A stretch of DNA of 51,307 nt from Octopus sinensis (taxonomy: Eukaryota). The translations under genes and the position numbers were made by a program. The stretch lies in the NCBI RefSeq assembly GCF_006345805.1, contig NW_021834424.1, positions 1 to 51,307 of the forward strand. The letters run 5' to 3'. Shown here piece by piece: positions 50,010-51,307 of the stretch. How positions within the stretch are numbered: position 1 is the first letter of the stretch; each line of letters begins with the position of its first letter. The notes under the pieces are model-generated. The model was not told the DNA's origin and made no database searches. It was given only the letters and a program-made list of their open reading frames with translations.

Positions 50010-50680
50010 TTTAGGTTTTCGTCACTCGGCTCTACACCTGTTCCTGTGTGCACAAGGTTGGGCAAGCTTCGATATGGAAGACTTGCAGTTGGTCAAGAAA
50101 ACACACACACACATACGCACATATATATCTTAGTTTCCGTCAGTAATTATTGCCCCTACACTTGTACCTGCGTGCAAAGTTGGGCAACCTTTGTTGTATA
50201 AAACATACTTGTCAAGCAAATGCACACCCTCACACACACACACATACACACGCATATACATATTTGTATGATGATTTTGCCAGGTGTTCAACGTTCATTG
50301 AAGGAGCAACATATTTTTACAGCTGCCTTCATATCTAAAACAAACAAACAAAACAAAATATTGTCATCTGGTGAAAAGTAAATGTTATTTAATAAGCACA
50401 GTATATATGTATGAGTTACTCATAGTTTCATGCGATGAAAAAAATTCTGACACCATTTTATAACATGCAGTTGTCAGTCTCTGCTTCCCCCTACACATAC
50501 GCACACACGCACACACGTACACACATAGCGCATGCGCACACATTATATGTGCATGTATGTATGTGTGTCAGTATTCAGTTTATTTCAGGAGTTCTTGCCA
50601 ATAGAGAAAGAACCGGCTTCTAACCTAGATCCAACATTCCGTCATTGAAATTTCAACATCAGCAACAGGGTATTTTACTT

Positions 50681-50738
50681 TGTATGTATGTATGTATGTA
50701 TGTATGTATGTATGTATGCATGTATGCATGTATGTATG

Positions 50739-50769
<31 letters not shown>

Positions 50770-50852
50770 GTATGTATGAATGTATGTATGTATGTATGTA
50801 TGTATGTATGTATGTATGTATGTATGTATGTATGTATGTATGTATGTATGTG
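50681..50852. repeat. (TATG)n microsatellite
   Basis: Directly visible. Confidence 0.95.
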
Positions 50853-50949
50853 AAGATTTGTATGTTTTATGTATGTATTCTCATGCATATAGTTACATAT
50901 CTAGATATGCTCATATATATTTAAAATGACAAACTTCTGGTAAGTATTA

Positions 50950-51307
50950 CAAATTATTACACTTCCAGTTATGGATTGGATTGCAGCCTTCGAATCATCT
51001 TTCTCATTTCTGGTTTTGAGAAGCCTAATTTCTCAAGGTTGGTATTCAGGCAATGTGTTACATATCTCAGGGCCCCAATAATTACAGGTATAAACCTGAA
51101 CTTGTAATCTGGATAGAGTAACAGCAGATTTCTCAATAGTTCAGCGTAGGTGTTTTCTTTTTCACTGACCTTCAGCTTTATGTTAACATCCACTGGGCAG
51201 CTAATTTCCACAACTGTACACAGTGCTCTTCTCTGTCCAAATCATTATATCAGGTCTGTTGTGCTTCCTTTTTATTGAGGTTTCACTGGTACATTCCACC
51301 AGTATTC
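50950..51307 (-). mobile_element. R4/Dong-like REL endonuclease 3' fragment (third subfamily); runs off the window end
   Basis: WWNVPVK..KHNRPDIMIWD...EISCPVDVNI..K...YAELL...FIPVIIGALRYV. Confidence 0.7.

Noticed and set aside
1-51307. CRISPR array, rRNA, bona fide tRNA genes, prokaryotic operons
   Set aside because: There is no repeat-spacer periodicity or such motifs. The tRNA-like A/B boxes all belong to SINE heads.

Overview
This is AT-rich eukaryotic DNA, almost all transposon debris embedded in microsatellites. The SINE families, (AAT)n/(ACAT)n/(TA)n load and LINE mix suggest a cephalopod, probably Octopus (inference). I found no prokaryotic features, no CRISPR array and no confidently intact host gene. 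Recognised content: at least three coding Penelope-like (PLE) families plus pLTR-like pieces; three inverted-terminal fold-back structures; four minimal hammerhead ribozyme motifs, one with an intact core at 23028-23072; one full-length but disrupted R4/Dong element in (TAA)n plus several 3' fragments; two long RTE LINEs, the second GC-rich; Tx1/L1-like fragments; several mariner fragments; many tRNA-type SINE pieces; and a 3.5-kb (ACAT)n block with a ~1.62-kb tandem duplication that may be an assembly artefact. The least explained items are a dimeric higher-order AT-rich repeat (28085-29810), a 118-bp perfectly identical inverted mariner patch 11 kb from its match, and a 97-bp spacerless palindrome. 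Nearly all long ORFs in the supplied track are microsatellite artefacts or TE fragments. All alignments and translations were done by eye.
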